Source of the DNA: a virus
Length of the DNA stretch: 64,000 nt
Virus record (IMG/VR): IMGVR_UViG_3300037805_000525
Span: 45,094-109,093 of that record
Reading direction: 5' to 3' (one strand)
The translations under genes and the position numbers were made by a program. The number at the start of each line of letters is the position of its first letter. The stretch's first letter is position 1. The notes under the pieces are model-generated. The model was given only the letters and a program-made list of their open reading frames with translations, made no database searches and was not told the DNA's origin. Positions 8,891 through 18,510 of the stretch are shown one piece after another.

Positions 8891-10234
8891 TCAGCTCGTG
8901 AGTAGGTAGCCGCCGCCAGCGACCCCTGCGGCCGGAAGGAGCCGCAGCATCTCGTTCTTGACGCGTTCTGCACGGATGCGGGCGGACAGCGCGGTGATTC
9001 CACGCGCTGTCCCAAGACCTGCCACAGAGCCCGCCAGCGCGCCAGGGACGGCCTTGCGTGCGAGCAGCGACCCGGCAACTGCGCCGAGCATCGGTAGGGA
9101 CCGCAGAGCTGACGCGGACTTGACGTTGGCGCCAAGCAACTCACGTAGCTTGCGCACAGCAGCGCGTGCAGCCGCCGGCGGGTCCATACGTGTCTCTACT
9201 GATCGCACAGGATTCAGAAGGTCATGCAGGTTACGGTTTGGCCGCACTCGGCCAAGGAGATCAAGGCGCCCACCCGCGGGGGCTCGCAGCTGGCTCCGCA
9301 CCAGGCGCGACAGCTCACCGGGTACCGCAATCGCGCGCTGCAGGATTTCTCGGGCACCCGCGGTCTTCTCGTGAGACACCTTGGTGACCGGGGACCCTGC
9401 GCGCCACAACGCTTGGTTGAACGCATCGTGGAACGGCGGATCGAACTTCCTACCTGCCGCGACCCGGTCGTAGCGTGCCTGTGCGGCTGCGACGTCGGCG
9501 GGCATTCCGCGTGCCTGCGCGGCTGCGCGTCGGTGCGTGGGGCTTGCTGCCCGGCGCGCACCCGCCATTGCCGGACGCATACGCATACGCAACCAGCTAA
9601 GCAGCCCAGGTACGGATTTCACGCCCCGGCCTGCCATCCGCGCACTACCTAGTAGGCCACGGCCTGCCAGCCGCGCCCCGCCCACTGCGCCCTTACCAAG
9701 AAGCCGAGCGCCGGCAACTGAACCAATGAGCGCGGCGCGGCTGGCTGGGTGGTTCATGGCCCTTGTGAGGCCATGGCCTAGGTCCCAAGCCATGTTGCTG
9801 CGCAGGTTGGAGAAGATCTTGCCGAACGGGATAGCCGCCTCTTTAACAGGGAGCTGATCCGCGGCGAGGTGTGCCGCGACAACGGCGTCTTCAGGTGTTT
9901 CGCCGGGGCGGCCTATTACGCTCCGTGTCTTGTCGCCGAGCATGTCGGCTAGTTCGTCACGGTTGTGGTACGCCAACAAGCCGGCGCCAGCGGCGGCCAG
10001 AGGCAGGTACGGGAACGACCGACGTGGCCGTACCGTGTGGCCAAGCAGCGCGGCCGCGGCAACAGGTGTCAGCGCACCGACTGCCGCGATTCCCGCATCG
10101 CGCGCAAACGTGGTTTGCGCGCTGGACCTCTTCTCGCGAAGCTCGGCCATGACGCGGCTACGCACGCCGCGGCGCTCAGCGTGCGTAGCCGCACTGACGT
10201 GTATGGTAAGTCTTGGTGAGTCCATTATGCTCAT
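8891..10234 (-). CDS. Basic, Gly-zipper-rich putative internal head polyprotein
   Basis: 447 aa; modules separated by EKRSS, KEAA, EKTAG and KSAS motifs, several with GxxxG hydrophobic stretches. Confidence 0.55.
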   Translation of the reverse strand: MSIMDSPRLTIHVSAATHAERRGVRSRVMAELREKRSSAQTTFARDAGIAAVGALTPVAAAALLGHTVRPRRSFPYLPLAAAGAGLLAYHNRDELADMLGDKTRSVIGRPGETPEDAVVAAHLAADQLPVKEAAIPFGKIFSNLRSNMAWDLGHGLTRAMNHPASRAALIGSVAGARLLGKGAVGGARLAGRGLLGSARMAGRGVKSVPGLLSWLRMRMRPAMAGARRAASPTHRRAAAQARGMPADVAAAQARYDRVAAGRKFDPPFHDAFNQALWRAGSPVTKVSHEKTAGAREILQRAIAVPGELSRLVRSQLRAPAGGRLDLLGRVRPNRNLHDLLNPVRSVETRMDPPAAARAAVRKLRELLGANVKSASALRSLPMLGAVAGSLLARKAVPGALAGSVAGLGTARGITALSARIRAERVKNEMLRLLPAAGVAGGGYLLTS

Positions 10235-11130
10235 GGTGCCTCGTCCAGGTATCCGCGCAATCTCTTCGCGAGGTCCTTTTTTATACGTGATACTCGGTAG
10301 CTTTCGATGCCGAGCTTTTCTGCGATCTCGCCGGTGCCCAGCATGGGGGCCCCGAGCCCTACAACGTGTCGGTAGACCTTCTCGTCTTCCCCGTCCAACT
10401 CGTACACGAACATGCGCATGACCTCAGTCTCGCGCTCCGTGGTCATTGTGGTGGGGTCAACCTCAAAGTTCTGACTTACCAGGTCCCCACGTAGCTCAGT
10501 GTCCATCCGGGCGACTTCGGCCTCGGACCAGTCCAGGTGGTCCGCGAGCTCCGCGTCTGTCGGTGTGCGCTTGTGCTGCTCGGACAGTTCCGCGTGAGCG
10601 ACGGAGTATCCCTGAATCTTGTAAACACGGTTCTCTGGGATGCGCGCCACATTCTGGTGCGCGGCCACGTAGCGCTTCACCTTGTGTAGATGGTTCGCAA
10701 TGTGGGTGTTGAGCTGTGTTCCACGTTCCGGGTCGTACGTGCGCAGTGCCTTGACCGTACTTAACTTGTACTGCGCCATCAGTGCCTTGTCCGGGATCAT
10801 CCGTACGCGGCCCATGTGAATCTTGGCACGTGATTTGATGAACGGGGTCAGGCTCTTCATCAGCGGGGCGAGCTTCTCAGGATCTTCGCCAGAGTCCTTC
10901 CACGCCTGCCACATCGCCATCTCAGACTCACGTCGAGACAGCTTCATGGCGTCGGCAGCACGCTCTTTGACGCCATCACGCGTGTAGCGGGTGACGATGG
11001 TGAGCGCGCCGTCGCGCTTCTTGCGCAGGTGGGCCTTGACGTCGATGCGTCCGGCGGGTCCGGCGGGTGCGCGCTTCTTCTCGGCGAGCTTCAGAAACTC
11101 CCCGATATGATCTTCACTCGAGGTCGTCAT
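10231..11130 (-). CDS. RNA polymerase sigma70-family factor (FliA/SigB/SigF-like) with N-terminal extension
   Basis: Region 2 (ALRTYDPERGTQLNTH), region 3 (RTPTDAELADHLDWSEAEV) and region 4 HTH (TGEIAEKLGIESYRVSRI). Confidence 0.9.
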   Translation of the reverse strand: MTTSSEDHIGEFLKLAEKKRAPAGPAGRIDVKAHLRKKRDGALTIVTRYTRDGVKERAADAMKLSRRESEMAMWQAWKDSGEDPEKLAPLMKSLTPFIKSRAKIHMGRVRMIPDKALMAQYKLSTVKALRTYDPERGTQLNTHIANHLHKVKRYVAAHQNVARIPENRVYKIQGYSVAHAELSEQHKRTPTDAELADHLDWSEAEVARMDTELRGDLVSQNFEVDPTTMTTERETEVMRMFVYELDGEDEKVYRHVVGLGAPMLGTGEIAEKLGIESYRVSRIKKDLAKRLRGYLDEAP

Positions 11131-11178
11131 CAGTCACCTTTACGGAAGTTGGCGCACACGCCGGAGAGGGCGGTGCGA

Positions 11179-11949
11179 CTACTCCGACTCGGGGCGGAAG
11201 TTGAGCGTCTTGCCCTTGAGGATCGTGGCCGGCTTCTTGCCGAGATTTGCCTTGGCTGGGCCGGCGACGCTGGTGTTCAGCGCGGGGAGCTTGGCCGAGG
11301 CCGGGACACCGCCGCTCGGGGGCTTAGCACCACCAAGCCCACGAGCAGGCGTGGGTGCGTCGATCCCACCAGGTGATGTGGCGCCCATGACGCCGCTGCC
11401 GCCGCCAGGGATCTTCGCGTCCTTCGCGAACTTGTACATCTGCCGGATGCAGCGTGGGTCGAAGATGTTTACGAGGTTGTCGTCGGGGTGGCTCATATGG
11501 GCTCCTTGCGTGCTCGAGTTATCCGAGCTGTTTTTCATCATACCAAGTCCGGCGCCTGCCAAACCTGCATATAGCAGATGTTTCGGTGCGAGCCCTGGGC
11601 GAGTGGCTCCTGCGGCGGCACCATACATGTTTCGCAGGCGGCTGGCGCCCAGGCCAGCTTCAGCAAGCGTGTCGACCACGGCACCGCGCTGCGAGGCCGC
11701 CTGGTTTCTTATCAACGCCTCCATGCTACGCCTGCGGCGATCGAACTGCCACTTGCTAAGCAGTGGAATGTCCCCTTGCCCGCGCGCGAGTGCGGCCTCG
11801 AGACGTTGTGTGGTCACCTTCTTAGGAAGGCCGAAGAAGTGGTCCATCTTCGTCACAGGGCGCCCAAGTCCAGCGAGGCTGGTGGCGTCGTAGGGTAGGC
11901 GCTTTGCGCGGCGCCCCACTGCTTGTAGGAGTAGCTGCTTCAGGGACAT
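11179..11949 (-). CDS. Basic putative head protein with an internal in-frame start at 11496 carrying the FDPR leader
   Basis: 256-aa ORF; internal AAGGAG-N6-ATG gives MSHPDDNLVNIFDPRCIRQMYKFA. Confidence 0.65.
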   Translation of the reverse strand: MSLKQLLLQAVGRRAKRLPYDATSLAGLGRPVTKMDHFFGLPKKVTTQRLEAALARGQGDIPLLSKWQFDRRRRSMEALIRNQAASQRGAVVDTLAEAGLGASRLRNMYGAAAGATRPGLAPKHLLYAGLAGAGLGMMKNSSDNSSTQGAHMSHPDDNLVNIFDPRCIRQMYKFAKDAKIPGGGSGVMGATSPGGIDAPTPARGLGGAKPPSGGVPASAKLPALNTSVAGPAKANLGKKPATILKGKTLNFRPESE

Positions 11950-12010
11950 TGGTACGCTGCTCCTGCGTGGGGCGGTTAGCCTACATAGTACACGTGGTCT
12001 AGGGGCTACC

Positions 12011-12037
12011 CAAATAACAGGTGCTGCGGGGTATAAG
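12011..12037 (+). promoter_or_regulatory. Promoter-like motif CAAA-N15-GGTATAAG
   Basis: Intergenic, upstream of the NUDIX gene. Confidence 0.7.
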
Positions 12038-12073
12038 AACTACGTGCGCGATGGTCGCGCGTAGGAGGTAGCT

Positions 12074-12883
12074 GTGCCGGATATTATTCACGTAGTCGCC
12101 ATGTGTGTGTCAGACAAGTCGTGTGGGGTGCGTAAATACTTGGTCGGGCGCCGAGCACCCGGCCGTGACTACGAGGGTCTGTGGGAGTTCCCTGGTGGAA
12201 AGACGGAGGTCCACGAAACCTCGTACGATACTGGGCGCCGCGAGATGTTTGAGGAGCTCGGGCTGGCAGCAGAGGCAGATGAGCTAATCGCCTCCGTGCA
12301 CGTCGACCGCCAAGACGCCCCATGTTTTGTGGTGCATATCTACGAGGCCACCGAGGTGTCCAGCCTCGACTGGGACCTCGACTCCGCGCTACCCCTCTGT
12401 TCGATGGATGGCAGCCACGACCTGATCGAAGCCAAGACGCTCGAGGAGATCGGGAACTTACCTTGCGTCCCATCCATGGACCCGCGGGTCCTGTGGCGCC
12501 TGTCGGCGCACTACGATGACAACTTCGTGAACCGTGCAAGTACGTTGGTGCACACGCGGCGAGCCCTGCAGTCTTCCGACGCTGCTGCTGAGTCCTTCCG
12601 CGCGCTAACACGTGGGTGCGACCCCTCTAGGCTCTCCACTCACATGTACCGGGGAAGCGTTCGTCGGTGTAACGCCGCGGATTGGGCGGTGCTGCTGGCC
12701 TATCACCAAGACGTCGGTGATAAGGACGCTTACGAAATGTTGACGAGCGAGCTGCCGAGCGTCGGCATGCTCCGTACACTCAGAAGGGTTGTGGATGAAT
12801 GGGTAATCAAAACGAACCTGCTGCTCGATGCGGCTCCTGCGGCCTTGTCCGTCGACGAAAAGGAGACGCGGAGCGAAACCTAG
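12074..12883 (+). CDS. NUDIX (MutT-like) hydrolase with C-terminal extension
   Basis: WEFPGGKTEVHETSYDTGRREMFEELG Nudix box; AGGAGG SD before GTG. Confidence 0.9.
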   Translation: MPDIIHVVAMCVSDKSCGVRKYLVGRRAPGRDYEGLWEFPGGKTEVHETSYDTGRREMFEELGLAAEADELIASVHVDRQDAPCFVVHIYEATEVSSLDWDLDSALPLCSMDGSHDLIEAKTLEEIGNLPCVPSMDPRVLWRLSAHYDDNFVNRASTLVHTRRALQSSDAAAESFRALTRGCDPSRLSTHMYRGSVRRCNAADWAVLLAYHQDVGDKDAYEMLTSELPSVGMLRTLRRVVDEWVIKTNLLLDAAPAALSVDEKETRSET

Positions 12884-13021
12884 CGATCATCCTCATGACC
12901 ATCGCATCCTCGCCTTCAGACGAGGACATCGAGCTCCCGCCAGATGATGTGTGCGACGTGTTGGCGAGATGCTGGAGGCCTGACGACGACTCGTGCCGGC
13001 GGCACCTAGCGCGCGGGGACG

Positions 13022-13059
13022 CGTAAGAATAGGGGGGCACGTGCCCCCCTATTCTTACG
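13022..13059. terminator. Perfect 38-bp palindrome, probably a bidirectional terminator
   Basis: CGTAAGAATAGGGGGGCACGTGCCCCCCTATTCTTACG between convergent transcription units. Confidence 0.6.
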
Positions 13060-13065
13060 TATCAA

Positions 13066-13080
13066 TATCACAGTGTGATA
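13066..13080. promoter_or_regulatory. Palindromic site 4
   Basis: Perfect TATCACAGTGTGATA, 6 bp from the 38-bp palindrome. Confidence 0.85.
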
Positions 13081-13081
13081 A

Positions 13082-13264
13082 TTACTGTTTCTTGGATGAG
13101 CCGCCCGGGTCACAGATCTCGTTGAGCGACGTACGCCGAGCCACCTGTACTAATCGGAGGGTGCAGCATGCACGCTCTCCGGCCTCCCCTCGGGGGAACA
13201 TGTCACGTACAGCCTGTTGCGCAGTGCGCGGCTCCTGGGCCTGTGTTCCGGGGCTATTCATCAT
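13082..13264 (-). CDS. Small hypothetical protein
   Basis: 60-aa ORF overlapping the stop of 13254..16904. Confidence 0.4.
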   Translation of the reverse strand: MMNSPGTQAQEPRTAQQAVRDMFPRGEAGERACCTLRLVQVARRTSLNEICDPGGSSKKQ

Positions 13265-16200
13265 TTGTCGTCCGCCTCTTCAGCAATGCGCCCTGTAGTA
13301 GCTTGGCGCGTATGTAACGTTCTTCACGAACGTCGATGGTGGGCGAGACGGGCGTCTTGGCCGTCTCCCCGGGTGATGGTTTTATGAACTTGGGTATCAG
13401 TTCGCTGCCGTCCCACCGAAGTAGTGCGTTGGCGGGGATAGGTGCGCCGTCGCGAGAGTCGTAGTCAAGTGTGCCCCACACAGCCCGCGAGCGGCGCTCA
13501 CCGCTGTAGAACGCCTCCGCATGGAAGCCGGACCGCTTCGGGTCCCACAGCAGCGCCTCCGCCTGGTCTCGGGTATTTATGTCGATGTCCAGGTTCGCGT
13601 TACCTGCGAACATATCGGCGAACCCGGCGTACTTGCGTGCGATGTACCCGGTTGTGTAGTAGGGGACGTCGCCGCCGGCGTTGCGGATTTCAACCCACGT
13701 GCGCGCCAAGTGCTCCGCCGCGTCGAGTATCGAGTGCTTCTTCTCGAAGAACGTGCGTGGTACCTCGAATGTCTGGTCGCTCGATGGATCCTCTACGTCG
13801 AGCTGGACAGTGACGTTGACCGCCTCATCCACCAGGTTGCCCTCGCTGTCGAAGTCTCCCGCTCCGGATGGGTCCAGACTAAGGACATCTGAGCTTGTCA
13901 CGTCGGCGACGCTGCGGGATGCGGTCGTCCGAACGCCGATCCCCTCAGTGGCCTCCGCACCACGCGCGTCCGTGAACGTACCTTCGTCGATTATGGACGG
14001 GCACCCAACTACGATGTCGTAGTACTCCTTGCCGATGTTTGACGCATAGAACGACGCGTCAAACCAGGGTGGTGTCAGCAGGTCCTCATTGTCGTACGTG
14101 ACGGTGACCTCCTTAGAGGACGTGCCGCTCTCATAAATGTCGACCACCACACCACTATGTCCGGATAGGCTGGACTGTTTACCGTTAGGGCCGTCGGTGA
14201 GTACGTTGTACCTGTAGCTGACAAACCGCGCGCCTGACGGGTCGATCTCCTCCCCGCCGTACCCGAGTATCTCGCGGTCGCGCCCAACAAGTCCCTGCTC
14301 CGCATCCTGGTCGTTGTAGTTCTTCACGCTGGCCACATACTTGCGGCCCTTGACGCGAGCGTACTCACGCGCACCAGGCTTGAGCGCGAGTGGTGCGCCG
14401 TGGCCGAGAGGCCCGCCCGCGCGCCCGGTGAACCCGGTGCTGCCGGGTACGCGGGCTTCGGTCTTTATGTAGTCGCTGAGCGGTATCACGCCTACTGGTG
14501 TCCCAACTGGCGTTCCGCTTAGTACATCCGCGCTCGGGCCGGTCGCGTTGTAGACCTGCTGGCTAACAGCTGTCGTGTGATCCTGGATCATGAACAGCTT
14601 GTCCAACGCACCCAGCTTCCGCCGGATGCGCGCGTCACCCTTCTCGTTGAAGAGCGCGCCGTCCGCGTGCGGAACCACGAACTGGCCCCCGCCCGTGGGC
14701 GTAAGCTTCCTGCGGAACCTACGCATAACATCACGGCGGACCTGGCCCCTCTCCTGGAAGAGGTCTAGGTGCTCGTCGTGGTACCTGCATTTGGTCAGCT
14801 GCACCGTCGTACTCGTGTGGCCGTCGGCGAGGCCATGCGATACGGAGCTCACCATCCCTAGAATGTGCCGCGCGGTGTGTGGCGTTGCCGCGTCGTCAGC
14901 AAGTGCGTGGTCGAGGACCAGCGCAGGAAGGCCGGGCACCAGGTTAGGCATGTACTGCCCAGTGACGGTGCATTGTCTGGAGGCGAAGCGGCTCAGGTAG
15001 AAGTAGTAGTTCGCCGCACGCTGTAGGTAGTTGTTTTTTGTATGCGCTGTGCGGTTCTCGGCCTCCTTCTTACTCACGCGCTTGGACCGGATTGCGGCCT
15101 TCATGATCCGCCCGAACGCGTCGTCCTCGTCTGCCGACCGGATGTCGGGGATGATGCCGGTGAACCGCTCGTGGTCCATGATGAACCGGTGGCCTTTTGT
15201 CACGGCCTCCTTCGCGGAAATGGTCGCAGATGTCTTGGACTTGGCCTTGAACCCGAGCATGTCGACATTCGGCGCGAAGTACATATTTTTCTTGTCACGC
15301 CCGCTGTTGTAGCGGGTGAACAGCCACAGGCGCGTTGTCTCTGTTAGCCACCGACGCGTAAGAGTGACTGATGTGATCTGGTTAGGGAATATGGTGTTGC
15401 ACTTCGGCGGCGGCGCCATGTACAGGTCAGGCATGAGCAGGTACGCATGGAGGCGGTCTCCATACTCGGCATCGACCTCGGTGGTCTTGTATATGCCGTG
15501 CCTGCCTGTACGGAGGTGTTTCAGTGCCTCCGCGAGCAGCCCTCGTGCGGCGCGGAGATTCGGAAGGTTATGTTGGAGGTAGGCGCCCTGAGAGACGGCG
15601 ACTAGCGCACTCAACGGGGCGCGCCACGCCGCGAGCAGTGCGTTTAGTCCGTTGCGCAACTTCTGCAGCTTGGACTTGGACCCCGCTACTGACTCCGCCT
15701 CCTTCTCGAACTGCGCCTCCAGCTTTTCGATACCACCTGCGGCGTAGAACGCGGGGAACCCGGTGCCTGTTATGCGCTTGTCAAACAGCGCGTGTTGCTT
15801 GCCTGCGGGCTCCAGCTTCGTGGCGCCTAGCTCGCTCTGCGCGGTGTCCCACCGTGATATGTCCACGCCGTCTGGCGCGGTACGCACCACCTTGATCGCG
15901 AAGTCTAGTCGCGTACGTACGATCTTCTCCATCTGGTCGACCATCTTGAACAGGCGGTCCGCCTCTGTGCCTGCGCCCACGGTTCCGATTCGTACACTTA
16001 CCTTGCGCTTCCCGCGCTTGCTGTTGAGGGGCATGTACGGCGGCGCGAGCACCCCAGCAGTACCGTGGAACGTCTTGCCTAGTACTGCGTGTATGAGCTG
16101 AGACACGCTCGCCGTGGCGCGTATGGAGCTGCTAATCCTACGGAAGTGGCGCTTGAACGACGCGTCGTCGATGAACAACCTGGACGTCGTGTCTGAGAAC

Positions 16201-16904
16201 GGGAGGCCCAGCATGTGGGTCAGATTCAGGCGGACACCATTGAACGTGAGGAAGTCGTTCAGCCCCTTCGCATACCTGAACACCTTCGCAGTGTTGGTCT
16301 TTACCTTGTTTCCGTGTGAGTTAGGCCCTCCCGGATAAGCCCCGACCGCCAACTCAATCAGGGATATGACGCTGCCGCTGACGCCGTTCAGATGCGGGGC
16401 CGAAGTTGGTTTGCGGCTTAGGATCATCGGAAGTTGGTTGTGCCCGGTGTTCTTCCCGATCTGCGTCGTGACGGCTCCCGCGAATGCGGTACGTCGCGTG
16501 TCGTGTGCGCTGAGGGATCGCGAACCCCAGTACAGCTTCGCGTGGTCCAGGTAGCTCCACATGCCCGTGCACGAGTACGCGACCACCTGCCCGGTAGGTG
16601 TGCTGCGGTACGAGTACGAGTCGATCTCGCCCACGAACAGTAGCTTCCACAGGGAAAGATCATGATGTGAGCTTGCGTGCGTAAGGACGCCGTCCGGTGC
16701 GACAGTCATCCCATTGTGCGCCTCGAAGTACCACACGGTCACGTACGTGCGTGGCTTCAGTAGCGTCGCTTCACGCACGTATGGTACTGCGATCTGCGCC
16801 TGCGTCGGCGAGCCGATCCCGCCGGACACAGACACAGAGGAGACGGGGACCTCTACACCCTCAACGACCAGGCGTGTTACAACTTTGCCGCCGCTTACAG
16901 ACAC
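13254..16904 (-). CDS. Baseplate hub / tail-tip protein (gp27/gp44-like architecture)
   Basis: 1216 aa; N-terminal VEGVEVPV..VSV...LFVGEI beta pattern and late SRQCTVTGQYMPNLVPGLP...VSSVSH...TTVQL hub pattern; downstream of the tape measure gene. Confidence 0.7.
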   Translation of the reverse strand: MSVSGGKVVTRLVVEGVEVPVSSVSVSGGIGSPTQAQIAVPYVREATLLKPRTYVTVWYFEAHNGMTVAPDGVLTHASSHHDLSLWKLLFVGEIDSYSYRSTPTGQVVAYSCTGMWSYLDHAKLYWGSRSLSAHDTRRTAFAGAVTTQIGKNTGHNQLPMILSRKPTSAPHLNGVSGSVISLIELAVGAYPGGPNSHGNKVKTNTAKVFRYAKGLNDFLTFNGVRLNLTHMLGLPFSDTTSRLFIDDASFKRHFRRISSSIRATASVSQLIHAVLGKTFHGTAGVLAPPYMPLNSKRGKRKVSVRIGTVGAGTEADRLFKMVDQMEKIVRTRLDFAIKVVRTAPDGVDISRWDTAQSELGATKLEPAGKQHALFDKRITGTGFPAFYAAGGIEKLEAQFEKEAESVAGSKSKLQKLRNGLNALLAAWRAPLSALVAVSQGAYLQHNLPNLRAARGLLAEALKHLRTGRHGIYKTTEVDAEYGDRLHAYLLMPDLYMAPPPKCNTIFPNQITSVTLTRRWLTETTRLWLFTRYNSGRDKKNMYFAPNVDMLGFKAKSKTSATISAKEAVTKGHRFIMDHERFTGIIPDIRSADEDDAFGRIMKAAIRSKRVSKKEAENRTAHTKNNYLQRAANYYFYLSRFASRQCTVTGQYMPNLVPGLPALVLDHALADDAATPHTARHILGMVSSVSHGLADGHTSTTVQLTKCRYHDEHLDLFQERGQVRRDVMRRFRRKLTPTGGGQFVVPHADGALFNEKGDARIRRKLGALDKLFMIQDHTTAVSQQVYNATGPSADVLSGTPVGTPVGVIPLSDYIKTEARVPGSTGFTGRAGGPLGHGAPLALKPGAREYARVKGRKYVASVKNYNDQDAEQGLVGRDREILGYGGEEIDPSGARFVSYRYNVLTDGPNGKQSSLSGHSGVVVDIYESGTSSKEVTVTYDNEDLLTPPWFDASFYASNIGKEYYDIVVGCPSIIDEGTFTDARGAEATEGIGVRTTASRSVADVTSSDVLSLDPSGAGDFDSEGNLVDEAVNVTVQLDVEDPSSDQTFEVPRTFFEKKHSILDAAEHLARTWVEIRNAGGDVPYYTTGYIARKYAGFADMFAGNANLDIDINTRDQAEALLWDPKRSGFHAEAFYSGERRSRAVWGTLDYDSRDGAPIPANALLRWDGSELIPKFIKPSPGETAKTPVSPTIDVREERYIRAKLLQGALLKRRTTNDE

Positions 16905-16982
16905 AGCACCACCCTCAGGTAGTCATCTTCGTGAACTTCGATGTTACTACAGATGCGCAGCGGCGGCACAGCAGTGCTTGAT

Positions 16983-16997
16983 TATCACAGTGTGATA
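16983..16997. promoter_or_regulatory. Palindromic site 5
   Basis: Perfect TATCACAGTGTGATA, intergenic. Confidence 0.85.
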
Positions 16998-17007
16998 TTG
17001 GCGCGCG

Positions 17008-18459
17008 CTACAGGAACTGCATACCCTGCGCGCCGCGATTGTCGTACGCCGGCGGCTTCCAGGTGGCAATCACATCAGGCGACTTGCCTGTTACAGTGCC
17101 GCGCAGCGTGGTGGCTACCGCGGGTACGATGGCGTACGCCATCTTGTCCACAATCTGCTCAACGCTGCCCTCGGTGAAGTACGGAGCAGGGACGCCGCGT
17201 GCGGCAATTGCGCTACTCCCCCAACCTACACCAGCTGCGAGCGAGCTCGTTATCGTACCGAGATAGCCGAACCAAGCGTTCACCTCACCACGCTGAACGC
17301 CCATGTTGGATTCGAAGTCGCCAGTCTTGGAGACGCCGAGGGCGGTTTCGACCTCGAGCACCGCCGCGGTAGCGCCTGCGTGCAGCACTGAGCGAAGTGA
17401 TTGCACCGCTGTCGCCTGCAGGTAGTTCGCGAAGTTGGCTGGGCCACTCAACGCGGCGAATGCCCCGCGCCGTACGGCGGCCAGCGACTCGCCCACGAAC
17501 TTCTGTGTGAACGCGTCCGGCGAGGCGCCTGGTACATCCGACTCAGCTGCGGCTGCTGCTGTGGCAGTGATCCACTTATCGCCGAGCACAGGCAACCAGT
17601 CGATAATCGACTTACGCGTCGAGTTCATATACCTCCCTGGCCTGATCTGCGCGGTGGCCTCCACCTGGTTGTAGTAGTTCCCCTTCCCGGAGAGGAACCC
17701 CTTCGTGCTGGACAGGTCGACGTACCGCGTAACCAAGAACGACATACTGAACGGGAGTAGAGTGTCGGTCTGCGCGTTCTGGCTTGCGGACGCGTTGAGC
17801 GGGTACCCTTCGATCAACACGTCGTCAAACACCAAGTACATCCGCGCATCCATGGCCAGTAGGCGGGACGCACGAAAGAAGTTGTCGTAGTTCTTCCAGA
17901 AGACCGCACGCCAGTTGAACTCAACTGTGTTGAACAGCTGCCCCGTCAGGTTCAGTACAACCGGCTTCTGGCCGTACGCGTACAGGAAGTTTCCGGAGAA
18001 CGTCTCGAGGAGCTGCGTTTTTTCGACGCGCTGTTCCTGGATCCCGGTGAGCGACCAGTCGGTCCATGCGTAGGAGTTCGGCTTGTCGAGCCGCGCCTTG
18101 TTGCGTGCTTGGTCAACGTCAGGCTGTGCGGGTAGTCCGGCGGAGTTCACACGCAGTCGGACGTTGTCCGCACTAACGTCGATATCGCTTAGATTGCTGT
18201 ACAGCTCTACGGGCGTGCCATCCGACCGAACAACCTGTGCGAATGCGAAGCTATCTGGCTTCGTGGAGTGCCCGACGTACGGCCGGGACACACGTGTGGT
18301 GTCCGTGACGTGCCGGCTGATCCCTGCGCGCTGCTCTGGCGCCCCGTCGTACAGGCCAGGGTGCTCAAGTCGTGACTTGATCGAGGGGATGTACGACGCG
18401 CGCGTCGACGCTGCGGTGAGGAACGGATCGGGCGTAATCATGAACGTTGGGTGGGCCAT
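17008..18459 (-). CDS. Putative tail tube initiator / baseplate protein
   Basis: QEQRVEKTQLLETF...YGQKPVVLNLTGQL...FSMSFLV tube-like fold pattern; lies between tape measure and hub. Confidence 0.55.
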   Translation of the reverse strand: MAHPTFMITPDPFLTAASTRASYIPSIKSRLEHPGLYDGAPEQRAGISRHVTDTTRVSRPYVGHSTKPDSFAFAQVVRSDGTPVELYSNLSDIDVSADNVRLRVNSAGLPAQPDVDQARNKARLDKPNSYAWTDWSLTGIQEQRVEKTQLLETFSGNFLYAYGQKPVVLNLTGQLFNTVEFNWRAVFWKNYDNFFRASRLLAMDARMYLVFDDVLIEGYPLNASASQNAQTDTLLPFSMSFLVTRYVDLSSTKGFLSGKGNYYNQVEATAQIRPGRYMNSTRKSIIDWLPVLGDKWITATAAAAAESDVPGASPDAFTQKFVGESLAAVRRGAFAALSGPANFANYLQATAVQSLRSVLHAGATAAVLEVETALGVSKTGDFESNMGVQRGEVNAWFGYLGTITSSLAAGVGWGSSAIAARGVPAPYFTEGSVEQIVDKMAYAIVPAVATTLRGTVTGKSPDVIATWKPPAYDNRGAQGMQFL

Positions 18460-18510
18460 GTGCGCGCCTCCAGCAGGTCTGGCGGTTGCCCGCGGTTGGG
18501 GATCTTACGC

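Noticed and set aside
12701-12722. TATCACC-N8-GGTGATA inverted repeat in the NUDIX gene
   Set aside because: Different half-site and spacing from the 13-copy motif; single occurrence, probably chance
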